Positions 10,268 through 21,478 of a stretch of DNA of 41,663 nt are shown here, one piece after another. Each line of letters begins with the position of its first letter. The stretch's first letter is position 1. The translations under genes were made by a program, and so were the position numbers. Origin of the DNA: an uncultured Candidatus Saccharibacteria bacterium (lineage in GTDB: Bacteria > Patescibacteriota > Minisyncoccia > Phycocordibacterales > UBA9973). A model generated the notes under the pieces. The model was given only the letters and a program-made list of their open reading frames with translations, was not told the origin of the DNA and searched no databases. The stretch is from NCBI GenBank assembly GCA_964563715.1, contig CAZLXA010000005.1, positions 1 through 41,663 on the forward strand, read 5' to 3'.

Positions 10268-10268
10268 A

Positions 10269-12230
10269 TTATAATAAATTAGCGAATAATGGAGAAACTA
10301 CACCATACATAACACCATTGAGAATTATACCACTATAGGTAAGCCCCGAACCAGCGTTTAATGTTATAACAGTTTCCCCAACTCCAGGTATTATAGTAGT
10401 GTTATGATTAAACTTAACTGTAATATTAGTAGTAGTTGTTAGTACAGATATAATAAAACTAGTTCCATTATAAGAAGATAAAGTTCCAGATTCTGCAATT
10501 AATATAGTTAATAGACCAGTTCCAGAAGTTACTTCATAAAAGAAAGTATTATTTAAAGCAAGAGAGGGAGTTCTTGTAATACCAGTACAAGCTATAGTTA
10601 ATTCAGTAAGAGGAGTAACTTTAGGAGAACCTGTAAATACAGCAGAAGCTAATGTTTTATTAGTTAAAGTTTGTGTTCCACCAACTGTTACAGTACTTGT
10701 TGTATCTGTTCCTGCTGTACCTGATATTCTTATATCTTTACTAGACGTTAAATAAGTAACTGCTCCTGTAAGAATCACATTTCCATTTCCAAAATTTATA
10801 GTACCTGTAGCTTTAATATATGTATTATTAAGAGCAACAGTACCAGACCCTATATCAACTACTCCGTTAGAAGCAGGCATAAATGCTACACTAGCTACTA
10901 TATTTTTAGTTTCTAGAGAATCAGTAGCCGCATCATATTTTAAATCAGCATTTGTTTTAGCTGCTAAAGTTCCAGTTACACTATTTACAAATAACGGAAA
11001 ACAAGTAGTATCAGAAACTTCATCAGCTACAACAATAGTAGAAGCTGAACCTACAGCTGAATCTGTATAAGCTATAGTTTTTCTAGTTGCTGCACTAGGA
11101 GTAAAATATAAATTCGTTCCATCATACTCCATTGCCCCATTCAAAGGAGTTGTAAGATTTACTCCTGCTGTAAAATACAAAGGTCCTGTTCCTGCTGTGG
11201 CTGTTCCAGCTGCTAATGTTATTTTTTTACCAGTAAGAGTTTGTGTAGCAGTAGTAGATACTACAACTATACTTCCTGTTGCTCCAAAACTCAAACTAGT
11301 GTTTGCAGCAATAGTGTGAGTTAAAGAAAATGCCCCACTTAGTATAATCGATCCACTGTTAGGAATAGTTAATGTTCCATTTCCACCTGTAGCTGTAATT
11401 GCTAATCCATTTATTTTAGTAGCAGTAGCTATACCTAAAATAGGAGTTATTAAAGTTGGACTAGTAGCTAATACATTATCACCACTTCCAGTATTAGTGA
11501 CACTTACTAATTGGCTTGAACCATCTGTAGCAACAGCTGAACTAGAAGTTAATCCAGAAATAATAAGGTTCCCATTTATCTGTCCTCCACCACTTATCTT
11601 GCTTATAAGACCATCATTTATAAAATCATCTTTATAATAGGTATAAGCAGAAGCTGCTTCTCCAGTACCACATCTATAAAAATGTCCTGAACCACTTGTA
11701 TCTGCTGCATTATAAACAACATACACAATAGTTCTTTGAATAGGAATGTTTGATTGAGGTAATTCTGGGTATCTTGTAAAAGTAGTACTTGTTCCAGTTG
11801 CATTAGAAATATATACTCCATTTTGTTTACCCACTGATGTTTGATGCATTACTAAATATAATCCACCTTTAACAAAACTAGCAACATAAAAATCTGTATT
11901 GGGTATACTTCCAGCTATATTAGTAATAGCATTTTTACTTCTACCAAGAACAGTAATTGTAGGAGCATATTCTTCTACATAATGCCAATCAGATGGACCA
12001 GTAGGAGTTGCTGTTAAAGTATATAATTTATATATAATACCAGTTGTTACATCAATAATTCTAGCATTATTCCAAAGTAATTCAGCTGATCCTGCATTAC
12101 CAGCAGTTTCTATCAAAGCTGAAATAGAAGCATAAGTTGAATCCCCACCAACAGTAGTTAAAGCATCTACTGGTGCAGTATATTGTGTTTGTACAAAAGG
12201 AGCTGATGTTGTTATGAAAGTATTAGGCAT
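10269..12230 (-). CDS. Tail fibre protein
   Basis: 653 aa, Thr/Gly/Ala-rich; TQTLTNKT-type shaft motifs, GAMEYDGTNLYFT, Q..VGKQNGVY. Confidence 0.75.
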   Translation of the reverse strand: MPNTFITTSAPFVQTQYTAPVDALTTVGGDSTYASISALIETAGNAGSAELLWNNARIIDVTTGIIYKLYTLTATPTGPSDWHYVEEYAPTITVLGRSKNAITNIAGSIPNTDFYVASFVKGGLYLVMHQTSVGKQNGVYISNATGTSTTFTRYPELPQSNIPIQRTIVYVVYNAADTSGSGHFYRCGTGEAASAYTYYKDDFINDGLISKISGGGQINGNLIISGLTSSSAVATDGSSQLVSVTNTGSGDNVLATSPTLITPILGIATATKINGLAITATGGNGTLTIPNSGSIILSGAFSLTHTIAANTSLSFGATGSIVVVSTTATQTLTGKKITLAAGTATAGTGPLYFTAGVNLTTPLNGAMEYDGTNLYFTPSAATRKTIAYTDSAVGSASTIVVADEVSDTTCFPLFVNSVTGTLAAKTNADLKYDAATDSLETKNIVASVAFMPASNGVVDIGSGTVALNNTYIKATGTINFGNGNVILTGAVTYLTSSKDIRISGTAGTDTTSTVTVGGTQTLTNKTLASAVFTGSPKVTPLTELTIACTGITRTPSLALNNTFFYEVTSGTGLLTILIAESGTLSSYNGTSFIISVLTTTTNITVKFNHNTTIIPGVGETVITLNAGSGLTYSGIILNGVMYGVVSPLFANLL

Positions 12231-12248
12231 ATCTATTTTATTTATTTG

Positions 12249-13766
12249 TTATTCTGAAAATATAATATTTTTTGGTATCATTCTAGTTACTGTATAATAT
12301 AATATACAATCTGTAAGTTCACCATCTATTAACATTTGGTAACTATCATTTGTATAGAACTTAAAGTTAAGTAAATATGGAGGAGGTTGTCCACCTTCAT
12401 CTAAACCATGAGTAAATGCTGTTGGATAAACAGATTTAGGTACTGCTAACCATTGATAACTTTTTATTGTAGGAAGTAAAGGATTACCAAAAGTAGTCCA
12501 GAAAGCAAAAGTTGGAGTACTAGTACTTGTATCACTTCCACACACAACAGGTGTAGCTAAAGCAATTAATGCTTCTATATCTCCTTGTGGCAAATCATTT
12601 GTTGCAGAATCTAACATTCCCCAATACAAAGTAGTTATCTCTTCAACACTAGCAATTATAGATTTAACACTTGTACTACTCAAAACTTGAGTATCTTCTA
12701 TAAACCAAGAATCTTCATAAACATCTATTCTATATGAAGTAGTTTCAGATAAATTAATAGTTTCTGTAAATAATATATTAACTGTATCATCTCCAGCTTT
12801 TGTATCTACTATAGTTTCTAAATCATTAACAATACTAACAAGATTAATTACTATGTTAGAATCTAATGTTCTACTAGCTGTAGTTCCAAATGTTATTGTA
12901 TAATCATCTCCTATAACTACGTTTGATCTATTAGTAATCAAATTACTTAATGATATTTGAGTATATGATTTTTCTAATTCAAATGTTTGATATTCAGTCC
13001 ATGTATTATCTCCAACAGTTTGTGTTATAGTAAGAGTTAATATTTGATCGCTTGTTAAATAATCAACTAGCGATATATTAGAAGTAATAGTTGAATCATC
13101 AAAAACTAAATCTACATTTGCAATAGCATCTGTATTAGAACTTATAACTCCAGTTATAACATTATTTACATTATCTACATAATTATTCAAACTGCTAGTA
13201 ATTACTATTTCTTCATTCTTTGTAACAGGATCTATTGAAGTAGTAGTAGAGAAATTAGAAATACTTACTTGATCATACATAGTAAATGTTTGAGTAGCTG
13301 ATCCAACACTTAAATTATTAAGTTGTATGTTAAATGTATAAACTGTAGTTTCTTCCAATGTTATATTAACATAAGATGTATCTTCAATTATTAAATTGGT
13401 TCCTGATATTCTATATTCATCTATTAATAATGTATTAGTTCCATCTGAAAGTGTTACTAATTGAATATCTGATTCTAATATAACTACTCCTAAATCTATT
13501 GTAAACACTAATGTATTTAAATGACTTATGATTCCAACACTTGGGACAATATTAAATGAAGTTATTGTTAATACATTTCCTGCAGGAATAGCACTTAATG
13601 CAGCAAGTTGTGTTTCAATATTCTCAAATCTATTTATAATTAAATTCAATGGAAATTGTTTATCTGTATTTTCTTCTGAATCAAATCCATACATGATAAC
13701 TCCATCTTTGAAATCATCAAATATCTTATTTAATTGACTAACATGTTTTGGTGTTTTTTCACTCAT
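12249..13766 (-). CDS. Structural protein with tandem Ig-like beta domains
   Basis: 505 aa, acidic, T/S/I/V-rich repeats (ITSFNI, ISNFS, LSNLI). Confidence 0.55.
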   Translation of the reverse strand: MSEKTPKHVSQLNKIFDDFKDGVIMYGFDSEENTDKQFPLNLIINRFENIETQLAALSAIPAGNVLTITSFNIVPSVGIISHLNTLVFTIDLGVVILESDIQLVTLSDGTNTLLIDEYRISGTNLIIEDTSYVNITLEETTVYTFNIQLNNLSVGSATQTFTMYDQVSISNFSTTTSIDPVTKNEEIVITSSLNNYVDNVNNVITGVISSNTDAIANVDLVFDDSTITSNISLVDYLTSDQILTLTITQTVGDNTWTEYQTFELEKSYTQISLSNLITNRSNVVIGDDYTITFGTTASRTLDSNIVINLVSIVNDLETIVDTKAGDDTVNILFTETINLSETTSYRIDVYEDSWFIEDTQVLSSTSVKSIIASVEEITTLYWGMLDSATNDLPQGDIEALIALATPVVCGSDTSTSTPTFAFWTTFGNPLLPTIKSYQWLAVPKSVYPTAFTHGLDEGGQPPPYLLNFKFYTNDSYQMLIDGELTDCILYYTVTRMIPKNIIFSE

Positions 13767-13768
13767 TG

Positions 13769-14227
13769 TTATTCTGTATGTAATTGTAATCTATTATTTG
13801 CACCCTCAATAAACATAAATACTTCATAATCATCTCTTTCCCCATTAATGTACTGTTCATATTGAGCAATACCATCAAAAGTTAATAAGCCTTCAAATGA
13901 ATAAATATGTGTATCTATATTAAAAATATTAACCATATCTGATAGCTTTAATCCATTACAGATTAACTTCTTTGATAAGGTTGGAATATTATAGTCTGTT
14001 AATACATTCTCCCAAGTATAAGTATGATTTAACAACATCTTTCTCTTAATAGAGTAGAATATATTGAAAAAGTACTTCATTTGAGCAGATAAAGCGTAAT
14101 TAGGGCTAAATCCATTAACCATTTCAGCTTCATAGTGTCTAATCCAGATAGCTTTAAATTTAGAATAGTACTTCCTTCTAAACGTTAAATAATAACTCTG
14201 ATTGTATTTAGCAGCTAATGTTATCAT
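13769..14227 (-). CDS. Putative tail hub/adaptor protein
   Basis: 152 aa; position after the ring-like gene in the crAss-like structural block. Confidence 0.4.
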   Translation of the reverse strand: MITLAAKYNQSYYLTFRRKYYSKFKAIWIRHYEAEMVNGFSPNYALSAQMKYFFNIFYSIKRKMLLNHTYTWENVLTDYNIPTLSKKLICNGLKLSDMVNIFNIDTHIYSFEGLLTFDGIAQYEQYINGERDDYEVFMFIEGANNRLQLHTE

Positions 14228-15317
14228 TACCTATAAGATATTGATTTACTTTATAAATAATCTCTGCCATATCTTGCATTTGAGTATGAAAGTCAGTTGT
14301 GTAAGCAGATACTATATCTCCGCCAAATGAAGGAGAACTTGTATATAATGCCTTATAAGTATCACCAGTTGTTAAATGTGAAGTAGAGAATATTGAACTA
14401 CCTGTTATTACTTCAAGTACAAAGTGATCATCTACTATCCAAGAAGGACTACCTGTTCCAACTGATACACATTGATATACTTTATTAGAATATATATTAT
14501 CATTATCTGTTATCTCACCATAGTTAAATTCTAAATCTGATAACTCAATACCAAGAAAAGAATTAACTAAATTACTAACTACATTAAATATATAATCCTT
14601 TTGTTTAAAGGTTGGATAATTAACAGTTGAGTTAGGAGAACAACAGATATTCTCTAGAGATAAAGAATCTATATATTCAAGTATTGTTTTATTATTAACA
14701 AAGATATGTTTATTCTCTCTTGAATTAAATCTTGTATATAGATAATATACACCATCTGTAGATACTGGTAATGAAATATCTAATGCTTCTGTTTCTAATA
14801 TAACAAATCCATTAACTGAAACAACAGTTGTTATATCTTCTATATTCGATGTAATGTTATCTTCAACTAATGTTAAAGGATTAAGACTAGTTAACTTAAT
14901 AGCTAATTCTCTAAATCCAGTAGTTGTTAATAGTAAAGAATCTAATGTTGGAGAAGTAAGAGAATAAACATGACCAGAAGAAGATACAATCTTAATATAA
15001 TCTTCTATATAACTATAAACAGTACCATCAGTAGGGGAAGGAGGATATATAGGTGGAGGTGTACTAGGAACTACCCCAAAGGCATATAGTAAAGGAGTTA
15101 TATTTAGAATCGTATCAAAACTAACTTTTATATCTTTACTAGTACTAGTTGTATTTGCTAAATAAGTTGGAGTTATTAATGTTCCTACTCCATCTACTAT
15201 ACTAAAAAAATACCATAAATATGTAGCATTTCCACCATATGTGTTAGTAACAGTAAAGTTTATTTGTTCTCCCTTAATTGGATATAATTTGTCAGCAACA
15301 TAACTTAATGTACTCAT
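14208..15317 (-). CDS. Putative tail hub protein with N-terminal PKD-like domain
   Basis: 369 aa; GEQINFT...ATYLWYF PKD-like start; DGVYY motif; synteny. Confidence 0.45.
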   Translation of the reverse strand: MSTLSYVADKLYPIKGEQINFTVTNTYGGNATYLWYFFSIVDGVGTLITPTYLANTTSTSKDIKVSFDTILNITPLLYAFGVVPSTPPPIYPPSPTDGTVYSYIEDYIKIVSSSGHVYSLTSPTLDSLLLTTTGFRELAIKLTSLNPLTLVEDNITSNIEDITTVVSVNGFVILETEALDISLPVSTDGVYYLYTRFNSRENKHIFVNNKTILEYIDSLSLENICCSPNSTVNYPTFKQKDYIFNVVSNLVNSFLGIELSDLEFNYGEITDNDNIYSNKVYQCVSVGTGSPSWIVDDHFVLEVITGSSIFSTSHLTTGDTYKALYTSSPSFGGDIVSAYTTDFHTQMQDMAEIIYKVNQYLIGNDNISC

Positions 15318-15320
15318 TTA

Positions 15321-16562
15321 TTATTGTTTTTGTTCTGTTTGAGGAAGTTGTCCAGCAGCAGCAAAGTTCTTAGCTGCATATTGTCCAGTAGCTTTATTAA
15401 AAGCTAAAGTAACAATATCATTATGAACACTAGTTGGTAAATCTGTAGTAACATTGTACTCATAATTTACACTACAAGGTTCTTCAATATATGTTGTTTC
15501 AATAGAGTTTATATATGTATTAGAATCACATTGAACATAAACTTTATTATTTTTAATTTCAGCAATCAATGATTCTTGTGTCAAAGAATAAGAATACTCT
15601 TTAATATGTTCTATATCCTTTGAGTAAATCAATCTAACAGGAATATATCTTGTTTCAATAACAGATACTCCAGTTCCTAAAGTAATAGTTGATGTATTAG
15701 TACATCTAAAAACAACTCCAATATTTGTACCATTATAACCTCCAACAGAAGTTAAATCTGGACAAATTAGACCTGTACCAAGTGAATATACTCTATAATA
15801 TTTATCTTTTATAAAAGTAACACTACCAGATAAAACATTACCAGTATCTATATTGGATTTAATTGAAAGTAAATGAAAAAGCCCATTGTTTGTTAATGGG
15901 ATAAGTTGAACAGCTTCTATAAGCTTAGCTTTAATTCGTTTATATCTAGGTTGAGTAACCGGACTAGTTCTATGAATTACTGTATCAACCTGATTATAAA
16001 ACCATACATTAGCAGTTAGTTCTTGTAGGTAGGAATGATTAGGAGTTAATACTTGATTACCATTTGCTATATTTCCAGGATTCTCTACTATATAAGTGTC
16101 ATTATCATTAACTGAAATTGAAGTTCCTGCTATTGCTGCATATCCAAAGTCAGCTACAAACTCTTCACCAACTGCACTAACTGTAGAACCCCCATAATCT
16201 GATAAATCTTCTCCAACACCTGCAACTACTTTATACTTAACTCCATCATATAACCAACCATTTTGAACAACTATACCATCCTCATTAACTGTATTAGCAT
16301 AAGGAAGATTAAATACAACTTGATTACCTAATCTGCTATAAATAGGATTAACATAAGACTTGACCAGAGAATAGATAGGTATTTGATTATTAACTAAATA
16401 TTCACTAAAAGAAGGATTAGAATTAATATACGAATTTACAAAATCAACAATTGCAGAATTTAATATAAAATCTCTACCCTCTGGATCAAGTCTGTTAAAA
16501 AGATTAGAATTAAGCTGTTGTAAGCCTAATTCTAATCCTATATGTAGTTGCTTAACTGTCAT
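15321..16562 (-). CDS. Head-tail connector / ring protein with inserted domains
   Basis: 413 aa; N-terminal MT..QLHI.L...LQQ.NS....LDPE..D.ILN.A and C-terminal TYI..P..V......DLP..VH.DIV.LA as in crAss-like ring proteins. Confidence 0.6.
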   Translation of the reverse strand: MTVKQLHIGLELGLQQLNSNLFNRLDPEGRDFILNSAIVDFVNSYINSNPSFSEYLVNNQIPIYSLVKSYVNPIYSRLGNQVVFNLPYANTVNEDGIVVQNGWLYDGVKYKVVAGVGEDLSDYGGSTVSAVGEEFVADFGYAAIAGTSISVNDNDTYIVENPGNIANGNQVLTPNHSYLQELTANVWFYNQVDTVIHRTSPVTQPRYKRIKAKLIEAVQLIPLTNNGLFHLLSIKSNIDTGNVLSGSVTFIKDKYYRVYSLGTGLICPDLTSVGGYNGTNIGVVFRCTNTSTITLGTGVSVIETRYIPVRLIYSKDIEHIKEYSYSLTQESLIAEIKNNKVYVQCDSNTYINSIETTYIEEPCSVNYEYNVTTDLPTSVHNDIVTLAFNKATGQYAAKNFAAAGQLPQTEQKQ

Positions 16563-16565
16563 TTA

Positions 16566-17504
16566 TTAGGAAGCTTCAAATGTAGCATCAGTTCCAATAA
16601 GCCAATCTACAACATCAGATAGTACAATTGCAGCACCATTACTTCCATTTATATCATAAAATAGATAAATTTCTTGTGGGAAATTAGGTTCTAATACAAG
16701 AGTATCATCATCAGGTTTAGCAGATTTGAAAACTATTAGTCCATCACAAAGTACATTATAACCAGAAGCTAAATTAAAGAAAGCATCTTCTTTATAATTA
16801 AAGTTATGATCACCTAACATAGATTCTGCTTCTTGTTCTATAGCTTTAATTTTATCAACAGTCCATCCTATACCAGTATGAGCATAGACAATAGAAAGAT
16901 CACCAGAAGTTGCTACTAAAAGAGCCAATTCATTCATACCATTGACTTTTAGTTCTTCTTCATAATAACCAGAAGAAACAGTTATAACTATACTTTCATT
17001 ATTAGTTCCACCAACAGCAGCAGTAAATGCTATGTATGGCATATCTAACTCATTAATCATAGCTGTAAGTGCTGTAGCCAAAGTAGCATCAGTAGTTACT
17101 TTTGTTGACCCATAAGTCGAACTATGAACAGCAGATACATATTTACGACAACGACCATCATGGGCATGACCTTTATGAATAATCTCAAGAGTATATGTAT
17201 CACCAGCCATTGCAGTTGTAAGTATCGCTCCTGTTAAATCAATAGTTGTAGTTTGAGCATTAGCACTAGTAAAAGTAGTAGTTGAACCAGGAGTACTGTA
17301 AGTCATTACTTTAGGAAAAATAGGTACTGAAAGTATTTGGCCATCTCGCATATATTTCAATTCCAATCTATCATAACTAGCAGCAGCAGCACTATGACTA
17401 GCATTAATGAAAACATTAGCTGTTGGCTCAAATATAGAAAGATCACCATTTATAGCTGGTTCTGCATTTAGCTTAACCGTTGTTGCGAAAATCACTTTTT
17501 TCAT
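16566..17504 (-). CDS. Putative auxiliary capsid (decoration) protein
   Basis: 312 aa, Ala/Thr-rich; downstream of the major capsid gene in crAss-like gene order. Confidence 0.5.
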   Translation of the reverse strand: MKKVIFATTVKLNAEPAINGDLSIFEPTANVFINASHSAAAASYDRLELKYMRDGQILSVPIFPKVMTYSTPGSTTTFTSANAQTTTIDLTGAILTTAMAGDTYTLEIIHKGHAHDGRCRKYVSAVHSSTYGSTKVTTDATLATALTAMINELDMPYIAFTAAVGGTNNESIVITVSSGYYEEELKVNGMNELALLVATSGDLSIVYAHTGIGWTVDKIKAIEQEAESMLGDHNFNYKEDAFFNLASGYNVLCDGLIVFKSAKPDDDTLVLEPNFPQEIYLFYDINGSNGAAIVLSDVVDWLIGTDATFEAS

Positions 17505-17507
17505 CGT

Positions 17508-18485
17508 TTATATTTGTTTTAATTTTAATGTATATTCTTTAACCTTTTTACTTTTTAATTCATTATCGGATTTAAAGAACAATACCACTTCTTGTAAAGT
17601 ATTACCTAATACATAATCAGTATCAACAGCATCAACAATAATCTCTGTATTTGGAAGTCTATTTAAAATACCTCTATTTGTTAATCTATAAATAAGTGAC
17701 TTAGTAACTAAATCCTTATCATTAACAACAGACAGGAATCTTTCTGGTTCTGATTCTGCTATGTCAGCAAGATAAACCTTTTTATCCCATATATCTGTAA
17801 ATTGGTTAACATCTATTCCTAATACATACAATACATTATCAAGTTGTTCTTCATCTTTAGAAAGCAATAAACGTTTTTCAGTAGCTTCATCTTTCAATTG
17901 TCTATCTTTACGTTTCATCTTTTCAATATCACCTTCATAAAGAAGATAGAATCTGATATTCTTACTCTTATCAACATCAGTAAGAGTATTTGCTACATCT
18001 CTATAATTGAACGTATAGAGCCATAACAAATAATCTTCTGGTGTGATTGGAGAACCATATCTGATTTTATATACTTCTTCTACATTAAGTTTACCTTTAA
18101 CTTCACCTTCTACCCAATTGGCTAAATCTTCATCAGATTTAATTGTTTTATTATCTCTTAATAATTCTAGAACTCCTGGTTTGTTAGACATTATGTCATA
18201 ACTAAAACCTATTTCCAATTCTTTACCGTTAGGTGTAATTTGAACAGATAAAGAGTTCCAATAGTTAAGAATCATCTTACTCCAATTTGAAGAATTAGGG
18301 TCAGTACCAAGTATAGTTGGCATTAATTCTTTCATCAGTTCTGTTTTAGCAATCATGCTATTAACTCCATTAATAGAAGCACCTAAGAATCTACGAGGTT
18401 CATCTATGTTTGTAGCATTAGCTTTCCTAAAATAAGAACTTTCACTTTTCCAATGAATTGTTACTTTTTTATTTCTAAAAATCAT
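17508..18485 (-). CDS. Conserved crAss-like protein encoded directly after the major capsid gene
   Basis: 325 aa; YWNSLSVQI...GKELEIGF, PI..EDYLLW.Y...Y.DVAN, IRFYL; synteny. Confidence 0.6.
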   Translation of the reverse strand: MIFRNKKVTIHWKSESSYFRKANATNIDEPRRFLGASINGVNSMIAKTELMKELMPTILGTDPNSSNWSKMILNYWNSLSVQITPNGKELEIGFSYDIMSNKPGVLELLRDNKTIKSDEDLANWVEGEVKGKLNVEEVYKIRYGSPITPEDYLLWLYTFNYRDVANTLTDVDKSKNIRFYLLYEGDIEKMKRKDRQLKDEATEKRLLLSKDEEQLDNVLYVLGIDVNQFTDIWDKKVYLADIAESEPERFLSVVNDKDLVTKSLIYRLTNRGILNRLPNTEIIVDAVDTDYVLGNTLQEVVLFFKSDNELKSKKVKEYTLKLKQI

Positions 18486-18531
18486 ATCTTTTATATTTAT
18501 GTTATTTATAAGTTACTGATTTGATTAATTA

Positions 18532-20004
18532 CTAAACACTCTTAGATAACCAGAATGATGTAGTAGGATTAGTAAATACAATACCTTTAGAGGTAATGAT
18601 TTCATAGTATGCAATATCCTTACGTGTAGAAATCATTTGATTAGGCATTGCTCCCCATACAGCAGGTAAAGGTGACATACCTTTATAAATACCAACTTGA
18701 TGTTCTCTACCTTTAGCTGCAACAAGTGAAATATTCCTACCCCCATTATCAGTTGCAGAGTGATCTAATGATACAAGGTTATAAGAAAATGCAGGATAAC
18801 CGTTAATCATATTTCCAGCAGCTCTATCAAGTTCAGCAAGTGGACCATGATTAAAGAACTTACTTTCAATAACACGTACAATCTTACCACTAATTGTTTT
18901 ATAAGCATTGAAATACTTACCATAAGTAAGACTTCCACCCATATCCTGAATCATAGCAGAACCAAGAGATTCGAAATATGAAGAACCATTAGCTGATGCT
19001 AACATTAAAGCATTGTTGAACTCTCTAATACCACCAGCACCTGTATAAAGGATAATTTCATCAGGAGTTGCATCAACTCTATTATCCAATACAGCCATAA
19101 GTGTTCCATCAATAACACTAGTTGTTAAAGTAGAATAAGTTGAGTAGTTACCTACTTCATTAAGAATCTCTTTAACACCAGGAGCCATAGGTACAGGTTC
19201 ACCTGTTTCATCATCTATAGTAGTAATTCTACCATTTTCATCTCTATTGTATTCACCCAACCAAAGGTTACTTTCTTCAAGTAATCTACGATCAAGTTCA
19301 AATCGTTTCATATCATAAGGCATCCATTGATTAGTAGTACCTCCACCTTCCATAGGTAGCTGAATGTTCATAGCCATGTTGCTAACATTACCAGCTAATC
19401 CTTTAGAATAACGGTGATATCCAAACTGAGAAGTCCATTCTCCAGGAAGCATTGTATTATCCCTGTTACCATCAGATTTAGATGCAGGAATTGTAGGAAC
19501 ACTTAATACCCAATATTTACCAGCAGCAAACTGAGTATAAGGAATACCACTAATTGCACTAGAACCAGTAGCTGATACTGTATAATGCCAAAAACCATCA
19601 GATTGACGACCATGTTCTGTTTGAATACGAAGCCTATAATCACCATTAAGTGACATAGCACCATATTGTTTAATGAACATTCCATTTTTCATTTTAATCC
19701 TAAAACTACCACCACCAACACCAAGTGTAATAGAACCAATAGCTCCAGCACATTCAGATGTATGTTTCATTCTACCAAACACCTTCCATGTGAAAGTTGT
19801 ATCGTTTAATTGTTTTGGAGTTTTACTAGTAATAAGACCTTCTCCCATTGTTTTAGTTAACAGTGGAAACATATCCGAATCTTTACCGTACATAAATGTC
19901 ATGTTGATGTCTAATTCAACAGGATCAATCAATTTATTACGATAAAGAAGATTCTCATCAGCAAATTTAGCTGGATCATAAGTAACTGTGCTTATTTCTC
20001 TCAT
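18532..20004 (-). CDS. Major capsid protein (crAss-like)
   Basis: 490 aa; FPLL..T.G, I.DE.TGEPV....GV.E, LYTG.GG..EF..A, YG.YF..YKT..G motifs; follows portal and scaffold genes. Confidence 0.85.
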   Translation of the reverse strand: MREISTVTYDPAKFADENLLYRNKLIDPVELDINMTFMYGKDSDMFPLLTKTMGEGLITSKTPKQLNDTTFTWKVFGRMKHTSECAGAIGSITLGVGGGSFRIKMKNGMFIKQYGAMSLNGDYRLRIQTEHGRQSDGFWHYTVSATGSSAISGIPYTQFAAGKYWVLSVPTIPASKSDGNRDNTMLPGEWTSQFGYHRYSKGLAGNVSNMAMNIQLPMEGGGTTNQWMPYDMKRFELDRRLLEESNLWLGEYNRDENGRITTIDDETGEPVPMAPGVKEILNEVGNYSTYSTLTTSVIDGTLMAVLDNRVDATPDEIILYTGAGGIREFNNALMLASANGSSYFESLGSAMIQDMGGSLTYGKYFNAYKTISGKIVRVIESKFFNHGPLAELDRAAGNMINGYPAFSYNLVSLDHSATDNGGRNISLVAAKGREHQVGIYKGMSPLPAVWGAMPNQMISTRKDIAYYEIITSKGIVFTNPTTSFWLSKSV

Positions 20005-20028
20005 TGTTTAATCTTCTTTTTAAAATTA

Positions 20029-21300
20029 TTAACCTATATTAGCAGATGCTCTTGGTTTAATAAACTTAATTTTACCATTAGGTTTAGTACCTCCACCATC
20101 TGAACTCTTAATTATTCTACGTTTAGTTGTTTCGTATTTAGTTTGTGCATTAATACTATCATTTGAAAAAGGATTCTCACCTATAAATGATTCAAGTGCC
20201 TCGAAAATATCATAATGTTTACTATTCGAGTTTCGTTTTAACTCTTTTAGATAACCATTATAGGCGTATTCTGTCATTCTAACGTTCTTTCCGTCTATGT
20301 TATAAATGTTAGTATTATATATGTACTTAAAGAAATCCTCTTTTGTTTTAGTCACATAAGACGCTTCACCATTTCTTACTTTGATTACATCTGGAATAGC
20401 TATATCTTGACCTTCAATAGATAATCTTTTCTGATTCATAATAATATCATAAAAAGAATCCTTTATTCCATTTGGAGTTTGAGATTTAGTATCTATACCC
20501 CAATATGAATTTTGAAACTCAATATCTCTAGCTGCTTGTAATCGTTCAGAATTAGTTTTATCTTCTAATACTTTACTTCTTACACTAGTAGCTATATCAA
20601 ATAACTTATTCTGTGTTTCTAAGTAGTCAACATAAGCATCTGCTTCTGCAACTGTTTCACCTTTCTTAATTCTATCTTCTCTAACGATTAATCTAAGAAA
20701 AGGTAAATCATCTTTAGTTGGTTCTTTATTAATATCTAAATCAGTATTGAACCCTTTAATAGTTCCATTCTTTTCAACATAATCAAGAACATCTTTAACT
20801 ACTGGATATTTAGAATATAGGTTATTAAGAAATACACCTTCATTGTTTTCTTGTAGTGTATCACTCATTCCTTTCTTATAAACATCATCTAGATATTCTT
20901 GTAAGCCTTGTACTGATTTAGCATATTGTTTATTCTCACCTTTATCTGTTTTAATTTCAAACTTAGGTTTCTCTAACAATACATCAAATTCAGTAGTATC
21001 ATCTTCTAGTTGATCTTTAGTATATAGAACTTCTCCTTTTTCATTAACAGCATTACCTTCTGCATTGAGAAATAAAGTTGTTTCTTTACCTTCTATATCT
21101 ACCATTATTTGCTCTAATCCTTCTGTTTTAAAATCAACAGGGGGTTGAGTATTATCTGGTTGAATAGGAGGAATATTAACAGGCGGTACATCTTCTGTTT
21201 TAAAAGGAGGATTATGTTGTACATCCTCACCTAATTCAACTACATCATTTGAAGGAACTCTTTGTTTATCAAATTTAATCGTGTTACTAATCTCACTCAT
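20029..21300 (-). CDS. Acidic structural protein upstream of the major capsid gene (putative scaffold)
   Basis: 423 aa; Pro/acidic disordered N-terminus, helical core, basic C-terminal tail; synteny. Confidence 0.55.
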   Translation of the reverse strand: MSEISNTIKFDKQRVPSNDVVELGEDVQHNPPFKTEDVPPVNIPPIQPDNTQPPVDFKTEGLEQIMVDIEGKETTLFLNAEGNAVNEKGEVLYTKDQLEDDTTEFDVLLEKPKFEIKTDKGENKQYAKSVQGLQEYLDDVYKKGMSDTLQENNEGVFLNNLYSKYPVVKDVLDYVEKNGTIKGFNTDLDINKEPTKDDLPFLRLIVREDRIKKGETVAEADAYVDYLETQNKLFDIATSVRSKVLEDKTNSERLQAARDIEFQNSYWGIDTKSQTPNGIKDSFYDIIMNQKRLSIEGQDIAIPDVIKVRNGEASYVTKTKEDFFKYIYNTNIYNIDGKNVRMTEYAYNGYLKELKRNSNSKHYDIFEALESFIGENPFSNDSINAQTKYETTKRRIIKSSDGGGTKPNGKIKFIKPRASANIG

Positions 21301-21433
21301 AATTTATTGTATATTTTATGTTTAATTACTGTCCAAAAGTATCATATTTCTTATTAAGATGTATCATTAAAAGAATACCCCTTATCTCCACCGTCAGGAT
21401 GATTCGAGATAGGGTGTCAATGCTTTGCATGAT

Positions 21434-21464
21434 AGCCCAACGGAAATTATGTAATGAATATTAT
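21434..21464 (-). promoter_or_regulatory. Bipartite motif ATAATATTCATT-N6-TTTCCGTTGGGCT, copy 1 (candidate late promoter or regulator site)
   Basis: 27/31 identical to 36848-36878; intergenic and oriented toward the scaffold and capsid genes. Confidence 0.6.
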
Positions 21465-21478
21465 ATGTATGCTCTAGC

